A stretch of 34,698 nucleotides of DNA from a bacterium. GTDB lineage: Bacteria; Chloroflexota; Anaerolineae; Anaerolineales; Villigracilaceae. The notes under the pieces were generated by a model. That model had not been told where the DNA came from and did no database searches. It saw only the letters and a list, made by a program, of their open reading frames with translations. Shown here piece after piece: positions 18,019 through 27,106 of the stretch (the first letter of the stretch is position 1; every line of letters begins with the position of its first letter). The translations under genes were made by a program, and so were the position numbers. The stretch covers positions 1 to 34,698 of the forward strand of contig JAVHOY010000190.1 of the NCBI GenBank assembly GCA_036170295.1, given 5' to 3'.

Positions 18019-19431
18019 TTACCTTGTGTCCGCGTCGTTTTGGTTGCTGTTTTGAATCTGTAATATGATTTCCGCGCCGGGCAATGCGCGCCCGATTTCT
18101 GTCACTGCGGCTTGCAGGATGTTGTCGCGATTCGTGAACGCGCTGACCTTTGCGGAGATTTCGCCGACGACGCGTTCTTTTTCGGCGATCTTGCGGCTTT
18201 CTGCCAGCAGGCGCGCGCTTTCGATGGAGAGCGCCGCGCGTTCTACAATTGCGGCGACAATGTCCATTTCGTCGCCAGTCCACTTACGTTCTTCATCGGT
18301 TTTTACGTTGAGCATGCCGACGATTTCTCCGCGCAGTTTGATGGGGATGGTCGTCTGCGATTTATGGTCGCGGTGGATGTACGCCGCTCCAGATCGTTTT
18401 GCCTCTTCCGCGCCGGGCAGCTCGATCGGCTCTGAGTAGATGCTCGCCTTGTTCCTTGTGCGGCGGATGCCCGCGATCCTTTGAGCGCGGGTGAATTTTC
18501 TCCAGCCGGCTTGCAAGTCGCGGCGGTAGAGCATCTCCGCTTCGATCAAATTCTTTTGCGTTTCTTCATAAAGGCGCGCATTAGAAATCGCCACAGAAAC
18601 CTGATCTGCTAATATGGATAAAATCTCAATGTTTTCGCGGTTGAAGGCGCTTGGCTCGACGCTTTGTATATCCAGCGCGCCGATGATCAGCCCGTCCGTT
18701 TGCAGAAGCGGCAGCGCCATTTCCGAGCGAGTTTCGGGCAAGTCTGGATTGTTGAAATAGACCGCGTCTTCGCCGGTGTCCAGCGCGATGCGCGGCTTTC
18801 CGCTTTCTGCCACATAGCCCACAATGCCGATTTGTCCCACGCGCAGTTTATGATTTCGCTCTAGCATTTTCTGCCCGCCTTCGCTGTTGGCTGCGCTCAA
18901 AACGGCGTAGTCTCTTTTTGCGTCAATCAGGAAAATGCCGACATGGTAGTAACCAAATTGCTGGCTGATGACTTGGGCGATCTGCGGAAGAATATCCTGC
19001 ACGTTTTGCGTCTGGTTGATCACGCGCGAAACCTGCGCGATGGCTTCAAATTGTTTGGCGCGCCGCTCGTTGTGTTGATTGGCAGTCTTCAATTCAATTG
19101 TGCGTTGCGTGACGCGTTGTTCAAGCGTTTCTTGATTATTTTTTAATTCAACTTCGCTCTGATACAGCTGGTCGTTGATGTTGGATAATCGGTCTTGCTT
19201 ATACCCGGCGTATGCCGCAAATAAGCCCAACACGATAGGCGCGGTATCCACCACCCATAGGATAGGATCTGTTTTTTGGGCATAAAGCGCATCGGATACG
19301 TTCACGGGAAGACGCAACAAAAGGAGTCTGGCAAGCGTCGCAACCAGCGGAAAAGTGGCGCCAAAAATTGCGCCAAATATGGCATAACGCAGGGTCTCGC
19401 TTATTTTGGGACGATTTGCTTTTGGATCCAT
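18019..19431 (-). CDS. Membrane receptor: small 2-TM input + GAF + split-GAF module
   Basis: Two hydrophobic segments (GAIFGATFP; LWVVDTAPIVLG), coiled coil LEQRVTQRT, conserved GAF. Confidence 0.87.
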   Translation of the reverse strand: MDPKANRPKISETLRYAIFGAIFGATFPLVATLARLLLLRLPVNVSDALYAQKTDPILWVVDTAPIVLGLFAAYAGYKQDRLSNINDQLYQSEVELKNNQETLEQRVTQRTIELKTANQHNERRAKQFEAIAQVSRVINQTQNVQDILPQIAQVISQQFGYYHVGIFLIDAKRDYAVLSAANSEGGQKMLERNHKLRVGQIGIVGYVAESGKPRIALDTGEDAVYFNNPDLPETRSEMALPLLQTDGLIIGALDIQSVEPSAFNRENIEILSILADQVSVAISNARLYEETQKNLIEAEMLYRRDLQAGWRKFTRAQRIAGIRRTRNKASIYSEPIELPGAEEAKRSGAAYIHRDHKSQTTIPIKLRGEIVGMLNVKTDEERKWTGDEMDIVAAIVERAALSIESARLLAESRKIAEKERVVGEISAKVSAFTNRDNILQAAVTEIGRALPGAEIILQIQNSNQNDADTR

Positions 19432-19474
19432 AATTTTCCTGACGAGCTAATTTATACCTGTATCTTCAATGCGA

Positions 19475-21841
19475 TTATGATTTCTTGTCGTTCATAAATT
19501 GCAGCGTGATTTCCGCGCCGCTTAAGACGCGCTCTATTTCTTCGGCGGTTGTGTGCAAAATATTTTCGATATTTAAGGCGGAACCAATGTGCGCGGTCGC
19601 TTCAAAGATGGCGCGTTCTTTGGCAGCGCGCCGCTGACTTTCTTCGAGCAGACGCGCGTTTTCTAAAGTCAGCGCGGCGCGGTTTGCGGCTGCCTCTACG
19701 AGAGCGATTTCCTCGTCGCTCCAAACATGATTCGGATCTTCCTGTTCCAAGCCAATTACGCCGATGACTTGATTAAGGATTCGCAAGGGAACCATGAGGG
19801 TCTTCTTTTCGCCGCGTTCGCCTTGATTTATATTTTTTTCTTTGACAATAATCGGCTTTCCATTTTCAAGTTGCTTGAGCAGGTCTTCGGGCAGGCGCGG
19901 CGGGATTGCTCGCACTTGTAAACCGTCATATTCATAAGCGGGACGTTCGCGCTGCTTCGTCTCAATTTGCCAAGATTGCCGCGTTTGCAATCGAGACACG
20001 CCGTTCATTTGAGCGAGCGTTCCCTTGACTTGGTCTGCGAGCTGAGCGTTTTCGATGGCGGCGGTCAGCTGATCCGCAAGCAATTGCAGAATTTTCACGT
20101 CGCGTTCGGCGAACGCCGATTGAACGTTGCTTTGGATGTCCAGCGCGCCAATCGTGATGCTGTGTGTGCGCAACGGCAAAGCGACTTCGGAGCGGGTATC
20201 GGGCAGATATGGATTTTGGAAATGCGCCGCGTCCGCGCCGACGTCCAACGCGATGTGCGCTTGTCCCGTGCGAGTGACGCTGCCCACCAGTCCTTCCTGA
20301 CCGACTTTGAGTTTGTAATTTTGATCGAGCATCTCTTGCGCGGCGACGCTGCTTGCGGCGCGCAACAAGGCGTATTCTCCGCGATTATCTATGAGGAAAA
20401 TACCGACGTGGTAATAATTAAATCGCTCGCGGATCAAATTTACGGAGACGTTCAGCAGCGTATCCAAATCGCGGATGATGGTAATGTCGCGCGCGACTTC
20501 CGCGATGGTGGCAAGTTCCAGCGTATTGCGTTCCAAGTCGCGGGTGCGGTCTGTCACTTTTTCTTCCAGCGTTTCAAACGCGAACGCTACGTTGGCAGCC
20601 ATTTGATTGAAAGCTTCGGCGAGGTCTTCCAGTTCGTCCTTTGTGTGGATTTGAATCGGTTCGATTAACCTGCCTTCGACCAGATGTAAATTTTCTGTGG
20701 ATAGTTTACCGGCGTGCAAAGTTAAGCGGCGCAACGGTTGAGTAATGGAAAGCGTGAATAGATAGATGATGAAGCCGAAGAAGATCGCGATCAGGCTGGT
20801 GTAAACGATGAGCGAGTTTTGGATCCGCGATGATTTTTCCAAAATCTCTGTCTGCGGGAAAGCCAATCCGAGCGACCAACCTGTATCAAGCCCAACCGGC
20901 GTATAAGCGACAAACATCGGGCGTCCTTGCGCGTCTGTGGCGCTGACAAATCCGCTTTTATTTGTAATCATCGCGTTGACTAAATTTTCCCATGCTGTGA
21001 TTTTTGATTCTTGCGCGACCGTGAGCATGGAGGTTTCCATTGTTTGATAAAAGCCGCCTTTGTCGCCGATTCCTAAAATGGTTCCTTTTTGATCTAACAG
21101 GAAGGCATATCCGTTTTGTCCAACGGCTATATCGCTGACGATCTTTTGCGTTTGCGAGAAGGCAATATCGGCTGTCGCAACGCCTTTGAAAGCTTTTGTT
21201 TTGGGGTCGAAGAAGGGCGCGCTCCAAGTGACCATCCAAATATTTCCGCCGCCGTCGTCAAAGTAGGGAGGCGATAAGACCGGCGTTCCTTTTTGTTTGG
21301 GCAGCGTGTACCAATCCCATTTGAAGTAATTATAAGTGGGGTTGCCGAGCTGCGTAAATTTCAAACTTCCATCGGATGCGCGGCTGTAATAGGGCGACCA
21401 ATAATAAATGTCGGTTTGAAATTGATTAGGTTCGTACGCAATCGTAGAGCCGAAAATCTGTTCGTTGTGTTTGAGCGTATTTTGAATGGCGCTGAGCTGC
21501 GTCGCCTCATCGTATTTTTCAACTTCAGCGGCGGCAGCCAGGTCTATGGCTACGCTTCTCGTCCAGATCAAGTTGGAGCGGATGAGTTCCGCTTTGGACG
21601 CGGCTTGCGCGTTCAATTCATTTGTCAGCGTTTCAATCAGCGCGTTCTGAGTCGCCTTCACGCTTAAGTATGTGGAAATTAGGAAGGCGAGCGCCAACAG
21701 CAAAATAATGATGACAGGCAGTCTGACTCCCAGCCTTAAGAGAGAGCCGCGAATCCCTTTGGGGCGCGGTTTAGTTTTGCGCGTCTCTTTAGACGGCGGC
21801 GGCATGATCCATTTTGGCGAAGTGGTGGGAGCGTTCATCAT
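19475..21841 (-). CDS. Membrane receptor: dCache_1 + HAMP + GAF + split-GAF module
   Basis: TM-dCache_1 (YEPN...PYY...DWY..PK...PYFD...MVTWSAP...GVATADI)-TM, then HAMP (DELEDLAEAFNQM) and the conserved GAF. Confidence 0.88.
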   Translation of the reverse strand: MMNAPTTSPKWIMPPPSKETRKTKPRPKGIRGSLLRLGVRLPVIIILLLALAFLISTYLSVKATQNALIETLTNELNAQAASKAELIRSNLIWTRSVAIDLAAAAEVEKYDEATQLSAIQNTLKHNEQIFGSTIAYEPNQFQTDIYYWSPYYSRASDGSLKFTQLGNPTYNYFKWDWYTLPKQKGTPVLSPPYFDDGGGNIWMVTWSAPFFDPKTKAFKGVATADIAFSQTQKIVSDIAVGQNGYAFLLDQKGTILGIGDKGGFYQTMETSMLTVAQESKITAWENLVNAMITNKSGFVSATDAQGRPMFVAYTPVGLDTGWSLGLAFPQTEILEKSSRIQNSLIVYTSLIAIFFGFIIYLFTLSITQPLRRLTLHAGKLSTENLHLVEGRLIEPIQIHTKDELEDLAEAFNQMAANVAFAFETLEEKVTDRTRDLERNTLELATIAEVARDITIIRDLDTLLNVSVNLIRERFNYYHVGIFLIDNRGEYALLRAASSVAAQEMLDQNYKLKVGQEGLVGSVTRTGQAHIALDVGADAAHFQNPYLPDTRSEVALPLRTHSITIGALDIQSNVQSAFAERDVKILQLLADQLTAAIENAQLADQVKGTLAQMNGVSRLQTRQSWQIETKQRERPAYEYDGLQVRAIPPRLPEDLLKQLENGKPIIVKEKNINQGERGEKKTLMVPLRILNQVIGVIGLEQEDPNHVWSDEEIALVEAAANRAALTLENARLLEESQRRAAKERAIFEATAHIGSALNIENILHTTAEEIERVLSGAEITLQFMNDKKS

Positions 21842-21849
21842 TAAATTCC

Positions 21850-23574
21850 TTAATTCACTTCAACGCCCTCTTCGGATGAAGACGGCGTTTCTATTTGAAT
21901 AAAGGCGCGTTTTGCTCCTAGTGTGCGTCCAATTTCCTGAATGGCGGTTTTCAGGATGCGTTCAAAATTTGTGGATTCGCCAATGCGCGCCGTGACTTGC
22001 GCCATGACTTGTTCCTGCTCGGCGCGGCGTTCTGTCGCTTCAAAGAGGCGCGCGTTTTCAAGCGCCAGCGCGGCGCGCTCCGAAACCGATTGCGCCATAG
22101 CGATTTCATTTTCGCTCCATTTTCTGTTTTCTTCTGCCGCTTCAATTTGAATGTAGCCGATCACATGGTCGCGGACTTTGACGGGAATAGCCAGCGTTGG
22201 GTGCGCGTCTTTGGACAAAGGCAGGGCAATCGCTTTGCCCGACGCGACTGCCTGCTCCACAACGGGACTATGGATGCTTTTTGCCGACAAAATAGTTCCA
22301 TCGGCGAGGTAGGTATACCCGCCTTGTTCTTTGTGGATTATATATTCGCCTTGTTGTTGCGAAGCGCTCGGCGACGCATTTTGGCTTCCGCTCATATTTT
22401 GAACGACGAGCGCGATCTGATTAGCAAGCGCGGTAAAAGTATGCGTATCTTCCTCGCTGAATGCGGAAGGAAAAACGCTTTGCACATCCAACGCCCCGAT
22501 GACTTCATATCCAATTTTGAGCGGCAACGCCATTTCAGATTGCGTGTCGGGCAAATCGGGATTATTGAAGAAGACCGCGTCTGCGCCGGTAGATAACGCA
22601 ATGCGCGGATAACCGCTTTGTGCCACATATCCCACGATGCCCGCGCCGCCGACTTTTAATTGATGATGACGTTCCAGCATCGCCTGTCCGCCTTTACTGT
22701 TTGCGGCGCGCAGTTCCGCGTATTGACGATTTTTATCGAGTAGAAAGATGCCGACGTGATAGAACCCAAGTTTTTCACTGACGATCTGCGCGATGTGCGC
22801 GAACAAACCCTCTGGATTTTTTGCAATGCCCGCTGAAATTTCCTGCGAAAGTTCGGCGATGACGCGCAGTCGCGTCGCGTACGCTTGACTCTGTTGGTTG
22901 GCAGATTCTATTTCTTGGGCATGTTCGGCGTTGCGCTTTTCAAGATATGTTTTGGCGTTTTTAATTTCATTATCTTTTGCGCGAGATTCGCTTAAGAAGG
23001 ACTTCTCAAGATTGGCGCGCGTCACATTCGTGCCGTATAAAATTGCGCTTACGGATAAGATCGCGCTGCCAATCAACGTGGAATTATCCGTCATGATTGT
23101 CGGCTGCGAATAGTATGGCGCTAAAAAAGCCGCCAGAGTTGTTAAGCACGCGAAGATTGCAAATGTATTTTGACTGGTAATCGCATTTGTCACGATCAAC
23201 GCTGCGGGGACGATCGCTAAAATCGTAATTGAATAATTGTTGACGTAGCCAAAATATAAAGATATATACGCGACCGAAAGAATGCCTAATGAGAATAAGA
23301 ACACACCCACGCGCGGATATTTTGATTTGCCCAGCAGGAACGCGCCGATTGAAACGACAAGCATGAATAAAAAGTCTTTCAGCGCGTTGTATTGGACGAT
23401 CAAGCCGACGATCAATAGAATCGTAAAGAGAAGCGCAATGGCGTTCAGCGCTTGCGCGCGTCTTCTTTGACTGAGATCGGCGACGACCGCGTGAGGAGCG
23501 ACGACTCTCTCTCCGAACAGCGCGATGCGTTCGATGAGAGTTTGATCGTTCTTGGGCGTTTGCAAATTCGACAT
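21850..23574 (-). CDS. Membrane receptor: multi-TM intramembrane sensor + GAF + split-GAF module
   Basis: About 5-6 TM helices, a coiled coil, and the conserved GAF (FYHVGIFLLD...FFNNPDLP...ALDVQS). Confidence 0.86.
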   Translation of the reverse strand: MSNLQTPKNDQTLIERIALFGERVVAPHAVVADLSQRRRAQALNAIALLFTILLIVGLIVQYNALKDFLFMLVVSIGAFLLGKSKYPRVGVFLFSLGILSVAYISLYFGYVNNYSITILAIVPAALIVTNAITSQNTFAIFACLTTLAAFLAPYYSQPTIMTDNSTLIGSAILSVSAILYGTNVTRANLEKSFLSESRAKDNEIKNAKTYLEKRNAEHAQEIESANQQSQAYATRLRVIAELSQEISAGIAKNPEGLFAHIAQIVSEKLGFYHVGIFLLDKNRQYAELRAANSKGGQAMLERHHQLKVGGAGIVGYVAQSGYPRIALSTGADAVFFNNPDLPDTQSEMALPLKIGYEVIGALDVQSVFPSAFSEEDTHTFTALANQIALVVQNMSGSQNASPSASQQQGEYIIHKEQGGYTYLADGTILSAKSIHSPVVEQAVASGKAIALPLSKDAHPTLAIPVKVRDHVIGYIQIEAAEENRKWSENEIAMAQSVSERAALALENARLFEATERRAEQEQVMAQVTARIGESTNFERILKTAIQEIGRTLGAKRAFIQIETPSSSEEGVEVN

Positions 23575-23576
23575 GC

Positions 23577-25424
23577 TTATTCTCTCGCCTTTCTGTTGGC
23601 GTTGAGCGCGTAATCTCGTTCCTGAATTTCAGACGGTTTTGATTCGTCGAATTGATCCAGCAACTTGAAAGTGACCGATACGTTGCCGATGGTTTGCCCT
23701 AATTCTTGCACCGTTTCGCGCAAAATGGCGTCGGTGTGCGCGGCGGCGCCAATCCGCGCGGAAATATCTGAAACGAGCGATTCGCGCGCGGCGCGTTGTT
23801 GCGATTCTTTGTAAAGACGCGCGCTTTCAAGCGCGCCGCTGATTTGATCGGCTAGCGAAATCGCTAAGTTAGTTTCATCCTGCGTCCACGCTTCCGCGAT
23901 CTCGGATTTTTTTAAGCGGATCGCGCCAATGGCTTGACCGCGAATCTTGACTGGCACACTGATGGTTAAGTTGTCCGCGCCAGCCACCAGTTCTCCCGTT
24001 TCAAAGGCTTTGGCTAGGTTTGGCTCAAGGATATTGGAGTGCAATCGCGTCGTGCTGGGCGGCGTGGCGAGGAAGCCAATGCGCGGTTGACTGCGCAGCA
24101 TGGCGCTCCACGCTTCGCGGCTCATCTCGCCGTAAACCATGCGGGCTGATTCAAGCGCCTTCTCGGTTTCGCTGAGCAGGTTCGCATTTTGAAGCGCTAC
24201 GGCAAGTTGCTCGGCAAGAATTTGCAAAGTGGAAATATCCTCTTCTGAAAATGCCTGCGCCTCGACGCTTTGCACATCTAATGCGCCGAGAAGTTGTCCG
24301 CCGATCACAAGCGGCAACGCCATTTCTGAGCGCGTCTTAGGCAAGTCGGGATTGTCAAAATAAACGGCGTCCGCGCCGACGTCCAACGCGATACGCGCTT
24401 TTGCGTTTTGGGCGACGTATCCCACGATGCTGTTTCCGCCGACTTTAAGTTGATGCTTTCTCTTCAACATGACTTGCCCGCCTTCGCTGTTGGCGGCGCT
24501 TAAGACGGCGTATTCTTTATGTTCGTCAAGCAGGAAAATGCCCGCGTGATAATACCCAAAATTCTCGGAGATCAAATGCGTGGTTTGTTCCATCAACTCT
24601 GTAATGTCGCGGAAGGAGGTAATGGCTTTTCCAACGTCGGCGACGGCTTTCAATAAGGCGCTGCGCCTTTCAAGTTTAAGCGCGCGTTCCTCAACCTTGA
24701 CTTCCATGTTTGTAAACGACCTTTGCATGTTTGCGGAAATGGCTTGCAAGTGAGACGCAATTTCGGCAAATTCGCCGCGCAATCTTTTAGATTCAAGCGG
24801 CGCCGCTAGGTTGCCTTTCTCGATCTCGTTTGAGAAAGTTGTCAATTTTTTTAGCGGATTCGCGATGGATGAAAACGCGATAATCCCCGCGCCAATAGAC
24901 GCAATCATCAGCGCGATAGATAATTGGATAATGAGGCCTTGCGGAATCGTATTCAACGTCAGCGTTTTTTGCGCGATGCTGCCCACAGATACCGCCAGAG
25001 GTTGCGTGAGCGATTGGCGATAAGCGCCGATTAAGCGCCCGTTGCCCTCGTCAAGAATAGTTGTAGAATCGGTCGCCAGTAAATTTTGCAGAGTTTCAAA
25101 GTTGAAATCTTCCAGCGCGGAATGTCCGATTTTTTCATAATTTGAACTGGCAAGATAAGTTCCATTGCTCGCGATGAGGTAGAACGTATCTCCACTGGTC
25201 GTATTCATCATATCAAAAGCGATTTCGGATTCTTTGCCGGGGTCGGCTTTCATACGAGTCGCGTATAGACGCGCATGGTCGCGCATGATCTCTAATTGTG
25301 TGGCGACGGTATTTTCGCGTATTTGTCTTTGGGTGAAAGCGAAAACAATGCCGACGGGAATCAGCGATAACAGCAGAAATCCGATTGCGAGTCGCCAAAC
25401 CATTGATATTCTGAGTCGAGTCAT
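23577..25424 (-). CDS. Membrane receptor: small Cache/PDC-like sensor + HAMP + GAF + split-GAF module
   Basis: Two TM helices flank a ~130-aa alpha/beta region (FYLIASNGTYLASS); HAMP; conserved GAF; ATGA overlap with the upstream gene. Confidence 0.86.
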   Translation of the reverse strand: MTRLRISMVWRLAIGFLLLSLIPVGIVFAFTQRQIRENTVATQLEIMRDHARLYATRMKADPGKESEIAFDMMNTTSGDTFYLIASNGTYLASSNYEKIGHSALEDFNFETLQNLLATDSTTILDEGNGRLIGAYRQSLTQPLAVSVGSIAQKTLTLNTIPQGLIIQLSIALMIASIGAGIIAFSSIANPLKKLTTFSNEIEKGNLAAPLESKRLRGEFAEIASHLQAISANMQRSFTNMEVKVEERALKLERRSALLKAVADVGKAITSFRDITELMEQTTHLISENFGYYHAGIFLLDEHKEYAVLSAANSEGGQVMLKRKHQLKVGGNSIVGYVAQNAKARIALDVGADAVYFDNPDLPKTRSEMALPLVIGGQLLGALDVQSVEAQAFSEEDISTLQILAEQLAVALQNANLLSETEKALESARMVYGEMSREAWSAMLRSQPRIGFLATPPSTTRLHSNILEPNLAKAFETGELVAGADNLTISVPVKIRGQAIGAIRLKKSEIAEAWTQDETNLAISLADQISGALESARLYKESQQRAARESLVSDISARIGAAAHTDAILRETVQELGQTIGNVSVTFKLLDQFDESKPSEIQERDYALNANRKARE

Positions 25425-27106
25425 AATTTATTTTCGCCTTGCGCGTTTGTGTTTTTATCGTCCGCTTGCAGGAAGCCGACGCTGATCTCGGCTTCTTTTA
25501 GATCGAATACTTTACGCAATTCGATAGTGGCGTTGCGGACCACCGATTCAATATCCAGCGTTTCGCGCACACGCGATGAGACGTTGGCGATCATTTGGTT
25601 GCGCAGCGCGTTCTTTTGAGCTTCGTCTACGAGACGGCTGTTTTCCAGCGCCAACGAGACTTGATCCGCTATTTTTTCAACGAGCTCTTGCTCATGCTCC
25701 GACCAGCTGGCAAAAGCGCCTTTGCGGCGCAGTTTGATATTCCCAATCGTTTGCCCGTGCAGTGTTAAAGGCACATTCAAGTCGTCGGCGCTGACTGCGT
25801 CGCTGTTCTTTTGCGAAAAAATTGGGCGCACTCCCGCAGGCGTATATTGATAGGCGGGGGCATGACGTTTGGTTAATTTTGACCAAGTCTCATGCGTTTG
25901 GAAAGATAACTTGGTTTCTAATTCGTCGGCGATACTTTTTGTCTCGTTACTGAGGCGCAGATTTTCAAGCGAAATTGCGACCATATCCGCTACCGTTTGC
26001 AAGACTTCAGCGTCTTCGACGTGAAACGCTTGCGTTTGTTCCGAATGTAAATCCAACGCGCCGATCACCTCGCCGCGAACCGCGAGCGGCAACGTTATGC
26101 GCGCGCGGATGGTTGGGAAGTTCGCGTCGTGGGCGTAATTTGCGCTGTCTGTGTCTGAAATGATCTGGCGCTGATTTTGTTCAACCACGAGGTAAAGCGG
26201 ATTTCTTCTATTCGGTTCTATGTGAAATCCTTGACCGATATATTGCTTGCCGTTCTCGGAAGACGCCGCCTGAAGAAAAGCGGTATTCTTTTGTTCGTTC
26301 AAAATGTAAAGTCCAACATGCGAAACGCCAAATTGTTCCGCCATAAGATTTACGGTCGCATCCATTAATTCCGTTATGTCTTGAATGGCAGCCACTTGAC
26401 GCACCACATAAGACGCGGATACAAGCTGATCGTTGCGGTTGTTGATCGTCTCGGCGTATGCCGCTCTTTCTTCGCTGCGCTGGGCGGTTTGAGTTAAGGT
26501 TTCGTTTGCGACGCTGGTTTGCAGGTTTTCAGCCCAGACCTTTTCATTGTTTCCCCAGAGCCTTGCAATGAAAAAACTCGCTATAAGTATTAAGGAGACC
26601 GATCCGATATTTGTAAACAGTCGCATTAATTGAGCGCGTTGGAGCAGGGCGGCTTGAACCGACGCTATAGATTCGGTTAAGGTCTCAAAAGTTGGGTCCA
26701 CATTTTCGCTGTCTATGCGTTTAGCCCCCTCTACGTCGCCTGATTTTAGCGCCTGTATTTCTTGGTCTAGAAAATTCATATAACTTTTAAGCGTTTCTTT
26801 TGCGGCAAGCAAATCGGCGTTGCGCGGATTCAACGCAAGAACCTGATTGAGCGTTTCCGTTATTTTTGAACGGGTTTGGAACATGAGCTGCGCCGTCTCT
26901 TGGTCTACCGTTCCTTCGCCGATCATTTGCCATTCGGTGGCTGATATTTTGTAGGCAAGCGCTTGAACGGAAGCCAGCAGCGTTTCGGCTTGCCGACTCT
27001 GATCGACAATTTGGTTTAAGACGACGATGCCGATCGAGATGAATAGCGCGATAGCGACAAACGTCGCGTATTTTGCCCATTGGGGAAGTTGACGAGAGGC
27101 GGTCAT
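25421..27106 (-). CDS. Membrane receptor: four-helix-bundle-like sensor + divergent GAF + split-GAF module
   Basis: Two TM helices flank a helical region; no clear HAMP; GAF (SHVGLYIL...LPLAVRGEVIGALDLHS); ATGA overlap. Confidence 0.85.
   Translation of the reverse strand: MTASRQLPQWAKYATFVAIALFISIGIVVLNQIVDQSRQAETLLASVQALAYKISATEWQMIGEGTVDQETAQLMFQTRSKITETLNQVLALNPRNADLLAAKETLKSYMNFLDQEIQALKSGDVEGAKRIDSENVDPTFETLTESIASVQAALLQRAQLMRLFTNIGSVSLILIASFFIARLWGNNEKVWAENLQTSVANETLTQTAQRSEERAAYAETINNRNDQLVSASYVVRQVAAIQDITELMDATVNLMAEQFGVSHVGLYILNEQKNTAFLQAASSENGKQYIGQGFHIEPNRRNPLYLVVEQNQRQIISDTDSANYAHDANFPTIRARITLPLAVRGEVIGALDLHSEQTQAFHVEDAEVLQTVADMVAISLENLRLSNETKSIADELETKLSFQTHETWSKLTKRHAPAYQYTPAGVRPIFSQKNSDAVSADDLNVPLTLHGQTIGNIKLRRKGAFASWSEHEQELVEKIADQVSLALENSRLVDEAQKNALRNQMIANVSSRVRETLDIESVVRNATIELRKVFDLKEAEISVGFLQADDKNTNAQGENKL

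Noticed and set aside
18008-18283. N-terminal extensions in the ORF track (also 6410-6451 and 33061-33111)
   Set aside because: They overlap upstream genes; downstream ATGs with plausible RBSs give better starts.
13254-22596. Longer plus-strand ORFs (13254-13874, 19967-20668, 21997-22596) and other small ORFs
   Set aside because: Antisense or alternative-frame shadows of conserved genes, with no recognisable motifs.
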